Shown: one piece after another, positions 53,471-64,000 of the stretch | Position numbering within the stretch: position 1 is the stretch's first letter | How the letters are laid out: the number at the start of each line of letters is the position of its first letter | Origin: Carcharhinus amblyrhynchos | Lineage: Eukaryota | Assembly (NCBI GenBank): GCA_965287045.1 | Contig: OZ336872.1 | Location: forward strand, 48,856,001-48,920,000 | DNA: 64,000 nt | Direction: 5' to 3' | The notes under the pieces: generated by a model | Told to the model about the DNA's origin: nothing | What the model saw: only the letters and a program-made list of their open reading frames with translations | Databases searched by the model: none | Translations under genes and position numbers: made by a program

Positions 53471-55890
53471 CTCTGGAGGAATTTTGCTTCTAGTTAAAGG
53501 GAGCACAGATACTTATTTTGCTTTTTTCTGCAAAAGTGAAAGTTCTGAACTTTTTTGTATTTTGACTTTGCTAACTTGTGGCAGAGCTGTGAGGACAGGT
53601 GGATATTTCAGAGACTATTAGTATAGCGTATCGCCTTTGTTGAACATTTTAAAAAAAAGAGGGCAGCTCAATTTATCTTGCAAAATGCCTCAGTTGCTGT
53701 GCTTGATTACTTATTTCTCTCCACTGCAGAATTCCCAATATCAATCGGTGACAATACAAAGCATTCTAAGTTTTAAAAGGAGTGATAAGCCTTTGGAGGG
53801 TGTGCTCTTTTAGAAAAAGCTGTTTACTTTAACTGTTGGGCACTGATCCACTTCCAGGTTATAGTTTTTTTAGAATATTGAAGCTGGCATATGGAATTAG
53901 GTGCCATTCATTCTTCTATTGAATGCTGTTAGCCAACTGAACTGTATTGTTGTATCAACTATAATTTGCTCTTTTTGCAATTTGAAAGCCCAAACACTTG
54001 TACATTTTATTTGCCTTCTTTGCTTGAACTAGTTTTACAATTTACCTTAGACAAATATGTGGTTAATGTTAAAACCAAGAATAGTGTAATGTGCTCTAAA
54101 ACTGCAACGTTTAAAAATAATTTTGGTGATTTATTGAGGGACTTTAGCTGCCAGATTTTTTCTGAATGTCTCTCTGACTGCATTTAGTATCGATGGTTTA
54201 AAACAATGAATTTTATTGTGAGACGTATAGTGTAAAATGAGGACAAAACTATAATAAATTGGTTTTGAGCTTGATTTTAATAGAGCTTTGTCTCTGATTA
54301 AAGTGTTCTTTTTTTTTGAAGCTATGCCTATTGTCTCAGCAGATTTTCCATATCTCCTTTTTGACATTTGACAAATTGAGCTGTTTGACCATAAGTCCCT
54401 CTTGATTGAAAAAAAAAGCTCATCACTGGCAGCAGAATATGCCACCTAGCAATTTTAATGGATCATTCTGGATAAAAAGCTTGTTGTGAAATGGGGCTCT
54501 TGTTCTACTGATGAAGATCAATTTTCATAACAGTAGGAATTGAGGTTAAGCAATCTTCTATCTCTTAATGCATGTCAAAATGCTGAAAGTAGGTTTTCTG
54601 TGAATATTCTTCTTGGATGAAGGACCCAAGGGTTGGCCTGCCCAAACTCAGTATGCTTTATGATAGTTTTTCTGCACAACAAATTAACCAGAGTCTCTTC
54701 CAATATACAAAATTAATCCTCATCTCCACCAAACTGTTTTAATTTGCTTTTTTGTGAACACTTTTTGCTGACGTTAGTCTTTGTAGCTGAATCCTACTGC
54801 TGAAGCAATTCAGGTCCTAACAGGATGAAATGTAAGCCAATGAAAATGTTTAATTATTTTATTTTTGTAGCTGCATTAACCTTTACTTAATCTGACACAG
54901 ATGATCCCAATGTTCAATTTCATACATAAAAAAAGGTTTGTAGAGTTATTGTCATTGCCAAAACTGGAGAAATAATAGTTCATTAAAAAAGCTCTTGCTG
55001 ATGAGTTAATCATCCAAATGTTGCAAATATCTATGCTAAGCATTCAGATAAAGAATCAAATTAGTCTATTATTCACTGTAAAGGACTTGAACGAGTTATT
55101 GCCTTTAGTCAGCTAAAGTCACATAAGCACATACACTATTAAACCCATTCTTGCAAATAAATAATGCAGCTGAAACATAATTCACTGGGATATCTTTGCA
55201 CTGTCATCCAAAGGTTATTCTCTCAATATTTATGGTCTTGAAGGATAATTTTACAAATGCCACCATTTGGTTTCAGTGGAAAAATGTGTCATCCTGGTGC
55301 TGATATTGAATTGAAAATGTATTGCTCATATTTCAGCACCACGGATAGCAACTAGTTGCTTAAACTTCCTGCTAGTCTTGTTTCTAACTTGCGGAACAAA
55401 TAAAGAATTCACAAGTCTCTGGTGCTGTTTGAACTCCAGGTATTGTTGTTCATATAAAAATTCTTGACTTTGACATTTTGGTATTCACAAAATTAACAGG
55501 TGGCTACAACTTCATTACTCTGAAGGAATTGTGCCTGAGGATTAAAATGTTTGATTTGGATTCTCAGTGTAAACTCTTTCTCCATCCTTGCAAGGAAGGA
55601 CCAACAAACATCTTGAAATTATAGCTCTGCTTGAATGTAAAAGGAAAAATGTCATACAAAACTCCTTTTTCATCAAATGGTGGAGTTTTTCTTATTAACT
55701 GTGATTGTTATATTTTGACATTGTATTGTTTGATTCATAACTTTAGTCTTAGAGCACATAGGTTTGTTTGATTTTAATATGTAGATAGTCTAATGGAATT
55801 AAATAATGTTCCATTTGTGGAAACTCATGTTTGCAGACATGTAAAATGTCCATATTTGACCTTTACATTAAAAATAACACTTTGGAAAAT
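53471..55890 (+). other. LRRN1: Putative LRRN1 3' UTR; candidate poly(A) signals AATAAA at 54253 and ATTAAA at 55867
   Basis: AT-rich, TE-free sequence after the stop codon. ATTAAA at 55867 has upstream TGTA elements and a downstream pyrimidine tract. The end point is uncertain. Confidence 0.5.
55332..55352 (+). promoter_or_regulatory. RE1/NRSE (REST binding site)
   Basis: TTCAGCACCACGGATAGCAAC matches the canonical TTCAGCACCACGGACAGCGCC at 18 of 21 positions, with the canonical 2-nt spacer. Confidence 0.7.
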
Positions 55891-57487
55891 ATCTTTTTCC
55901 CTTCCATTTAATGACTATATGCTTGAAGAATTATTTGATTTATTGTACTTGTCAAGGATTCAAATCAACAGGTGGGAAGGGATCATGAATTCCTCTTCTA
56001 CACAAGTAATGCTGAAATAGACAGAACTCGTAGCACAGTGTCTCCAAACCTCTGGACCAAGTCCATTCACGTTTTTGTTTCTTGTCAAGCTCAGCATGCA
56101 GAGTACTGAGGGTATGTTTTCCAAGTAAGGATTGCAAAGGGCAATTTTGAAAGAAATAGAGACAGTGCTGCAAGATGAGCCAGGACACTCTTTGCAGTTG
56201 TTTCGGGCCTGTCAGTGTTACTTTGACAGAAATATAGCAGAAGTTCCATTGTGTGCACAAAACGGGGTTTCCGCTGCATATCAATGGAATGTTGATGGAG
56301 TGGAAGCTACTCCAAGGAATTTTCCAGCAACCCATTTAGACCAAAGATGTCGGTGGGGAGGGACGGCAGCTTTAAAAAAAGACCAGTTTTCAGATATCTT
56401 TGGTTTTTGAATAGCTGTACCTGTGTTGAAACTCTACTTGTCAAATGAAAAACAGAAGCTAAAGCTGAGGTTATTTTGTTTAAGGGCAAATATACATATC
56501 ATTTCTTGCACACAGTATTAAAAATGTCATCTAATGTTTACATTGGTCAATGCAAATTGGATTATTTGTGGCTTCATTGCCTGGCTCATTGGTAATATCT
56601 TCCACTTGAAAGAAAGTTTTTTCCATTTGATGAATATTTAAACCAACTGATGCTTGCATGTATTATGTGAAGGCATATGGATACTTGCCAAACTTACCTG
56701 AAAATCCTATTTTAAACTCATACTTGTGCTGAAGGTTGTGCCTGCTGATGGTGAAAAGTTCAGGAGGACTTTTCCCACCCATGCAAAGACTGTTATTTCC
56801 CTGAGGCAAACAATTTCAGTGACTTCAGTATCTTGCAAGCTGTGCCTGCATCGTGTGGTTGTAAACCTGGTGGCAGTTCGATTGTCCCAGAAAGAATAAC
56901 CATCCAAAGCATAATGAGACCACCAATTCATCCCAACTGAGAATTGACCAGTAAAATGTGGGCACTTGCAGCTGCATGGCTGGTAAAACAGCTCGGTGGA
57001 AGAGTTAAAAAAGATAAATCAAGAGGTGAGGTAGCTCTTGAGTGGGTGATGTGCTCTCCATGCACACTGGCAAATGTAGGTGTGGGGCTACCTGTGATAA
57101 TTTTAGGTGTTGGGCCATTGTGCAGCCATCCTTTTTCTCTAGAACCTTGTTAGGTGAAGGGGTGAATTGGTTCCCCTCTATTCAATCACATCAGTTGGTC
57201 ACAATGTTTAAGTTTATTTTCATGAGGTCATGCCTCTTCATAATCAGACTGTATTTAATTTGTTAAGCTGTGAGCAATAAGGAGCCAACCAAACAAGGTT
57301 TCATTGAGCCAAAGATTGAAGAGACTCATAAGACTGAGGCCAATGGAGAATACTGTTCTGTGAGTCTTCCCTGCCCCAATTCTGGGGCAGGCAAGATGGT
57401 AAAATTCCAGCCAACATCAACCAATTTTCCCTCATGTAGTCGTCCACACACACACAAATACACACACATGTGTACACAGACACAAAG

Positions 57488-57879
57488 CTGCCAGGCAGTA
57501 AAGAGAGATTGCAAGTGATTAGAGGCTTCAGCAGAGGAAACAGGCTGAAAACTGCTCTCACAATGTCAAAGGACACAACCACATGTGTATATCGTGAATT
57601 AGAGCCCAATAAAGTAAGAGAACATATGGTTAAGTGTCCTTTGACCTTGAGGTGTAGATTGTTGTCAATTTTGGTTATCTGGCTCCTTGACTGTGGTCAG
57701 ATGTAAAAGATACTTTAATTCTTATAAGATCTTGGTTCATAGGTTTCTGGTTGAATTTGCTTCTTAAGCCAGGCAAAGCATTTATTTCAAAAGTGAGGGG
57801 GAAGAGAGAGCAGCCTTCAGTCTGTTTTCTCTGCTAAAGAGTTTCATGTCACTTGCAATCTCTCTTTAGTGGCTGGCAG
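57488..57879. repeat. Long inverted repeat (~72-bp arms at 57488-57559 and 57806-57879)
   Basis: CTGCCAGGCAGTAAAGAGAGATTGCAAGTGA pairs with TCACTTGCAATCTCTCTTTAGTGGCTGGCAG (29 of 31) and pairing extends inward. Flanked by a CA-rich run on the left and a TG-rich run on the right. Confidence 0.85.
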
Positions 57880-58798
57880 ATGTGCCTTCAAACATTTAAC
57901 TACTTGTGTACTTGAGGCTGTGTGTGTGTCTGTGTTTGGCAGCCATCCATTCAATATCCAGTACTTTGCATTGTTAATGTTTCTTCTTTAGACAGTTATG
58001 AGTTTTGATGAGTGTCTGGATTATAGGAAATCTCTCTCTTCACCCTCTCCTGACTGTGACTGATTGATTTGTTTCTCAGCTTCACCTTGGAACATGCTCT
58101 TGCATTTTTAAGCAGTTTTCTTTGTCTCCATTCAAATTTAAATATTTCCAGTCCATTGAAAGTTGAAAAATAAAGGGACCAAGCTTCATGACAGTGATGA
58201 TCTGAGGTCTGAACCCAGACTGAAAGTGACGAAGGCCAATTGGAGGCACAACATGAATCAGCCAGATGAGTGCTTCTTTCTCTTGGTCGATCACAACAGT
58301 TAATGTTCGTGCAATTGTTTCCCATTATTTGAAATTTTGCGCCATCAACTGTGTGTGCATCTGCATCTTTGGCAAATTGGGGGCAGCATTGGCCATACAC
58401 AAATACTCCTGCATGCTCAGTAACCTGAGAACTGCTGCCTTTAACTGGTGCATTTTATTTTTGGCCCTCCAAACAAATAATCCTTTGGTAACTTTGCACT
58501 CCTCTAAATTTGGCACTTTTTCCAGAGCCTCTGCTGAACAGGTCCTGGAAGAGTTGAATGGGACAGTTTAGAGGGAGCTTGATTGATGCAGAAGAAAGAT
58601 CCCTTGATATTGCCCCATCAAATAATTCCCAAGTAGGTGCAGCATGGGTTAGATAAAGACTAGAGTTCCATCCAACTGCCACTAAACGCTTCCAAGGCGT
58701 GTAAAACATGGGTTAGGTAATGAATAAAGCCTCTGCTGGGTAGGTGACTTACGAATGCAGCTTGGTTCAGAGCAAGGGTCACAAGGTTTGGAACACAT

Positions 58799-58921
58799 GG
58801 GGGTAATTTTGTCATCCTGCCTACCATGGGAATTGTAGCGGGCAGTGGGACCATGCAAAAGTCCATTGACCTCGGGTGGGGTTTTCCCGTTTTGGGGTGA
58901 GCACAGCTGGAAAATCTGCCC
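58799..58921 (-). mobile_element. ~125 bp MITE (same subfamily as 47063, 47497, 60932)
   Basis: GGGGTAATTTTG ... GTCCATTGACCTCGGGTGGG ... GGAAAATCTGCCC. Confidence 0.7.
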
Positions 58922-60931
58922 TGTCTTTAACGGTACAACCTGGGTATTTCACATTCCCAGACAACAGAAGTAGTTCCACAATTATGCCAGATTCTGGAGA
59001 AATATTTACAAACCAAGTTAAACAGAGTCAGCGAGACTGGCATTTACAGTTCACCCAAGATCAGTACTGCCAGTAGATCCCAGTTCAAAGTCACATACTA
59101 CCTAATTGATGCAGTGCCTTTCAATCTCAAACTAGTTCTGCCTTTGTCACAAGTTGGATTCAAACTGACTTGTGAGCTGCACTTCTCTGCTGCTCTGCTC
59201 TCCTTTGGAAATAAGTGACACCCTCCTCCTGTTGTGTAGATGTAGGCTACTGTCACTGGTCATCGTGGTCCTTGTGCTACATTTAAATTGGATCTCTAAT
59301 AAGTTTGACCTGCTTGTATATCAGACCTCTGAAATGCAGATCATACCTGCACAGAGTAATCTTTGGCAACAGAGCTATTAACACACTTCTCCATAAATGT
59401 ATGAAAAGGGAGTTGGTGTTTACTGACATATTTTGCAGACGTTTTTTTCTGCTGTTGCTATGCCCTTCACTTGCTTCACTGGTATAGTTCAGGAAGCTGG
59501 TAGATTTGAATTTAAAGGGAGCCATCCATATCAATATCACCTGAATTGAGTGATTAACATTTGTTAACTTTTGACACACTGAATTGAAATGCAAAAGCTG
59601 ATTGGCTAGAGCCAGCATTTGTGTGCTGTCCAATTAACACCTCATACCCCATGCCATCAACCTAGATTTGAATCCTCATTCAGTTTAAAATTCATCCCTC
59701 TGATTCTCCTTCTATATATTCCATGCTGAAATGCAATCAAAGTCTTTGTAAGTGAAATACCAACAATGTTCAAATACATATTATTGTGTAGTGATAAGAG
59801 AATGATAAAAATGTTGACTTTTTTTTCCAGCACACACTTGATAGAAAAGCCATGGTAAAGGAGGGTGGGAATTATTTTGAAAGCTATTTTGTAAACTTAA
59901 ATTGATTTGACACACAACAGGTATTTAATTTAGCTGAATAATGCTGTCCCTCATGAAACCGTGCACCAATTATTCAATTATTAACTCCCGCACAAAGCAT
60001 GGTCTTCTCCGTAGTATTGAATTTGGCTAATGTTCAACAGGGAGATAATGGCAGGCATCACTTTTCCATTGAGGTCTGTAGGGGTTCACGGGAGAGGCCT
60101 CAGCATTACAGTTGTCCTGAAATGCCTCTTTAACTTTCTCCTGGTTTGAATATTGTTCACTGTGTGAAGTTTATGATAAACATAGGAGGGATGTCACGTG
60201 CATTGATGGACACCCTTCACCCTCCTGCACAATGGTTAGATGCTCTCGCTGCAGATGGTCATTCTAGGCACATCATAGCACGTATATCGCTTTGCATTTA
60301 CTAACTGAAGTGCCATCTAGGTCTTGAACAATGAGGCATATAGCAAATTGCAAACATGGCTGGAAGCTGCACAATCATGGGTGAGCAGCTTCCCTTCTGA
60401 CCTCCAATACAGAGAAAGTTATTAAGGAAGCAATTGAATGTAGTTGAGGCTGAGATGTTGACCAGAGGCACTCCTGTTACTGAAATGATTATGTCCAAAA
60501 ACCTCAATCATCTTACCACCCAAAAGTTCCCTCCATCCCCACACTAGCGAAATATCATTGACTTCAGTTTTCCCCGGCTCCTTGGGGCAGTACTGATCCA
60601 ATGTTTCCTTGATGTGGAAGGCAGCACACTTGCCTCAGCTGTGGAATTCAGCCCATTTTTAGACCAAAGCTATAATAAGGTTTGGAGTCAACTGGTACAG
60701 GAAAAAGCAAACTGCAGTACATGAGAAATGTTTCTGGAAATGCATTGTCTAAATAAGGACACCATGTCCTTCGATTTAAAAAAAAAATCCAAAGGTACAT
60801 GCGCAAATTCTGAGGAGTACCATTCAGGCGATGGCTCTAATCAAAATTTCTGAATAGTTAAACACAACATTTTACTAATACCAACTACTATTAAAATGGC
60901 ATTTTCTACAGATGGTCAATCTTTTTAGACA

Positions 60932-61047
60932 CGGAGTGGGATTTTACGGCCTCGCTTGACACGAGACTAGAGAACCCCGCTCAAGGTCATTGTCTGCTCC
61001 CCGCCCACTCTGATTCAGTGGCAGGCGGGGCGGTAAAATTTTGGCTA
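60932..61047 (+). mobile_element. ~120 bp MITE
   Basis: GGAGTGGGATTTTACGGCCTCGC ... GGCGGTAAAATTTTGGC. Confidence 0.72.
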
Positions 61048-61499
61048 TGCATTCCTTCATCATCACCTCAGCATTGCATTCAGTTAAGTCAAAAGCAATC
61101 CATTCTATAGAAAATCTGTATTTTCATTTAAATTGTCTTAACTCATGTAAATAGAAATATAGAGCTGAAATTTGTCAACAGGTTTTCCGGTTCAATGCAC
61201 CCCTTGCCACCAGAAACCCATAGCAGGGGTTCCTCATTGACCACACCTCAAGATCCATAAATGGCAGCAGGATTACAGTAATTGGGTCAGATGACCAAAA
61301 GCAAGGTAGAGAGATGGAGAGGTATAGAGGAGGAATCCGAGGCTTTTCAAATTGGAGGGGCTTTAAAGGTTAGAATTAGAGGAGGGTTTATTGGTCCATT
61401 ACAGTGGAGGGATGCATGCGAGTACACAATGTTGTCACCATTGTGCAAATTTACATAGTAGACAATTTACATAGTACAATACATGCACTAGATAGAGGA

Positions 61500-61710
61500 T
61501 TTTTTCCTTACAATGTGGACATTTTTAGTAAGGCCAACATTTATTGCCAATCTCTATTTGCTCTTGGGAAGCTGGTACTGAGTTGCCTGCTTGAATTGTT
61601 GCAGTCCATGCGGTGTAGGTGCTCCCATTACGCTGGAAAGTAGGCACTTCCAGGGTTTGCACTTAGACAGTATAGTCACTCAATCAGAATGATGTGCAAC
61701 TGGGAGGAGA
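61500..61710 (-). mobile_element. LINE 3' end whose tail matches the 34939 SINE
   Basis: Minus strand reads PWKCLLSSVMGAPTPHGLQQFKQATQYQLPKSK* (a decayed WNSLP-type ORF2 end), then GGCAATAAATGTTGGCC. Confidence 0.65.
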
Positions 61711-62619
61711 GCTTTTAGGTAGTTGTTCAGTTAATACAAAATTGCCTTTTTTTCATTCTAATTCCCTGTTAAGTAAAGTTATGCTGATTTTACTTGGTTA
61801 CAATAAAAATATTAAAGTATGAAATCTCTTCCTTTGGCTACTTCTATTGATCATTTGGAAAATTAATGTCTTAGAAATCAGTCTCTACAAAGATTGTAAC
61901 AATATTCAAAATTGGATCTGGTCATCGACCTTCAGCTATCTTGAAGGTCATGGACAAGCAGTTAGCATGGGACAGTGTCAGAGATGCTCAAGTCCATTCC
62001 AGCTGAGTGGTTCCTGGTGCTGTCCTACATTGTCCTACTGGCCACTTGTTGTGATTGTGCCATTGCGCTCCATCGAATGAAAAATGGCCATAAAAAACAT
62101 TTACCTTTCCAATCACAAAGATATGAAAAATCCATCAACAATGAGCTTTAAGTTGCACTGGGCCCTGTGTTTTTAAAAAACTAGCAATCCAGCTGTTGGT
62201 ATCTATCCACCATCCAGATGGACAGACTTATGAGATGTATCCAGCGTAAAGAAGCAATACTGACCGAACAGCAAATATCACTGGATTTGACTTTTCCCAA
62301 AATGAATCTGTACAGCTCCACATAGATAATACCAGCACTCGCTCCACAAGTGGAGGATGAGGAACAATCTGAAACCCCAGATCATCGAACACTTGTATCA
62401 AGTCTGCCTTTTAAGATCTGTTGTGGGAGATTTGTTGCATCTCGGGAGGCTATCAGATGGATCAGTGATCTTGTCATCTGTCATGATAAACCTTCACTGA
62501 CACATGAAAGTAGCAGTCCGGCTTCTGTTTTTGTGTTCACAAACTTAACACTGACAATTTACACTGAAATGCTTTGTGGTGGTAGTCACATATGAATTAC
62601 TAGAATTAGAGTTGGTAAA

Positions 62620-63796
62620 GTGAGTTTTATTGTCAGAGACGCAAAATGGGGAGTTAATAGTCAATGATAAGAAAATGGCAGATGAAATGAGCAAATATTT
62701 TCTTCATTGTAGAGATACAAAAACATTCCAGTTACAGCTGTAAATCAGGAGATGGAGGAGAGAGAGGAATTTGTTGAAATTACAATCGTTAGGGAAGTGA
62801 TACTGAGCAAACTGACGGAGCTGCAGGCTCAGGTCCAGATGGATTTCATCTTAGGGTCATAAAGAAATAACTAATGGTAGATGCATTAGTGTTAATTTTC
62901 CAAAATTCCCAAAATTCTGGAAAGGTTCCATCAATCTGGAAAGTACCAAATACAATCCCCTCTATTCAAGAAGGGAGGGAGACAGAAAATTGGACACTCT
63001 AGGCCAGTTAGCTTGACATCTGTTAGGGAGGTGTTAGATTCAATCATTAAAGCAGTTAAAGCACTTAGAAAAACTCAAGGTAATCAGGAAGAATCAACAT
63101 GATTTTGAGAAAGAGAAATCATGTTTAGACAGTTTATTAAGAGTTATTTGAAGCCGTTCACTTTGGCAAGAAGAATAAAAAACAATGTTACTTAAATAAT
63201 GAACAACTGCAAAGTTTCAAGATGCAGAAGGATCTAGGTCTTCTCATGCATGAGTCACAAAATTTTGGTATGAAAGTACAGCATGTAATCAAAAAGGCTA
63301 ATGGAATGCTTTCCTTTTATTAACAGTGGAATTGAACATAAAAGCAAAGATGTTAATCTCGAGTTATACAGGTCACACCACATCTTCAATACTGTGTATT
63401 ATTTTAATCTGCTTATTTAAAGAAGGATGTAAATGCATTAGAGGAGGTTTACTAGATTGAAAGATGGAATGAGTGGGTAGTCTTATGAGGATAGATTACA
63501 AAGGCTGGGCTTGTTTCCACTGGAAGGGTGTAGTGTGACTTGATTCAAGTATATAAGATCCTGTATGGTATTGACAAGGTGGATGCAGCAAGGTGTTTCC
63601 TATTCTAGGTGAGTCCAGAACTAAAAGGCACTGTTTTAAAATTAGGGGTCACCCTTAGGACAGAGATGAGGAGAAATCTTTTCTCCCAGATGCTTGTTTG
63701 ACTTTGGAACTCATTGCCTCAGGAGGCTGTGGAAGCGAGGACCCTAAATATATTTAAAGCAGAAGTAGATTGTGTCGTTGGGCCAGAGAATCAAAG
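62620..63796 (+). mobile_element. CR1 LINE ORF2 relic with an internal deletion near 63155
   Basis: GPDGFHLRVIK, PLFKKGGRQKIGHSRPVSLTS and QHDFEKEKSCL, then a jump to VHFGKKN, VIKKANGML and VxLWNSLPQEAVEA. Confidence 0.88.
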
Positions 63797-64000
63797 TTTT
63801 ATTTGATTTGCCTTTTTATTGTCACATGTATTAGTGTACAATGAAAAATATTGTTTCTTGCATGCTATACAAAGCATACTGTACATAAAGAAGGAAAGAA
63901 GGCTATGCAGAATGCAATGTTACAGTCATAGCTAAGGTGTAGAAAAAGATCAATTTAATGTGAGGTAGGTCCATACACAAGTCTGATGGTGGCAGGAATT
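63797..64000 (-). mobile_element. Probable Rex1/Babar LINE 3' end (continues beyond the window)
   Basis: Minus-strand 3' end ...AATATTTTTCATTGTACACTAATACATGTGACAATAAA plus a short A-rich repeat, typical of Rex1/Babar tails. Confidence 0.6.

Noticed and set aside
55793-59633. Cluster of 60-134 aa ORFs downstream of LRRN1 as a second gene or exons
   Set aside because: No recognisable protein motifs or consistent splice structure; lengths are compatible with chance ORFs.
62017-62026. Second RE1 site (GGACAGCACC on the minus strand)
   Set aside because: Only the right half-site is present, with no left half at a suitable distance.

Overview
This is eukaryotic, vertebrate genomic DNA, and the repeat content (HE1-type V-SINEs, Deu-domain SINEs, CR1, L2 and Rex LINEs) points to a shark or ray. 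The only convincing host gene is LRRN1 on the + strand. Its whole CDS lies in one exon (51323-53470, 715 aa), preceded by an inferred non-coding first exon near 17.4-17.8 kb and a ~33 kb intron. The rest is decayed transposable elements, often nested: a Gypsy LTR element, CR1/L2/Rex/RTE LINE fragments, at least four SINE families, a Harbinger transposase relic with many MITEs, and Penelope-type palindromes. TE-free blocks around the promoter and 3' UTR are probably regulatory. I found no new multi-gene system. The best leads are: (1) a near-canonical REST/RE1 site inside a hairpin 3' of the CDS; (2) a pre-miRNA-shaped intronic hairpin; (3) hammerhead-ribozyme-like cores in the palindromic elements, one with a 13-bp target-site duplication; (4) MITEs inserted at the same position of both putative LTRs of one Gypsy element, in opposite orientations; (5) SINEs sharing a head but carrying tails from different LINEs also present here. 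Repeat family names come from recognising motifs by eye, not from a database search, and repeat boundaries are approximate.
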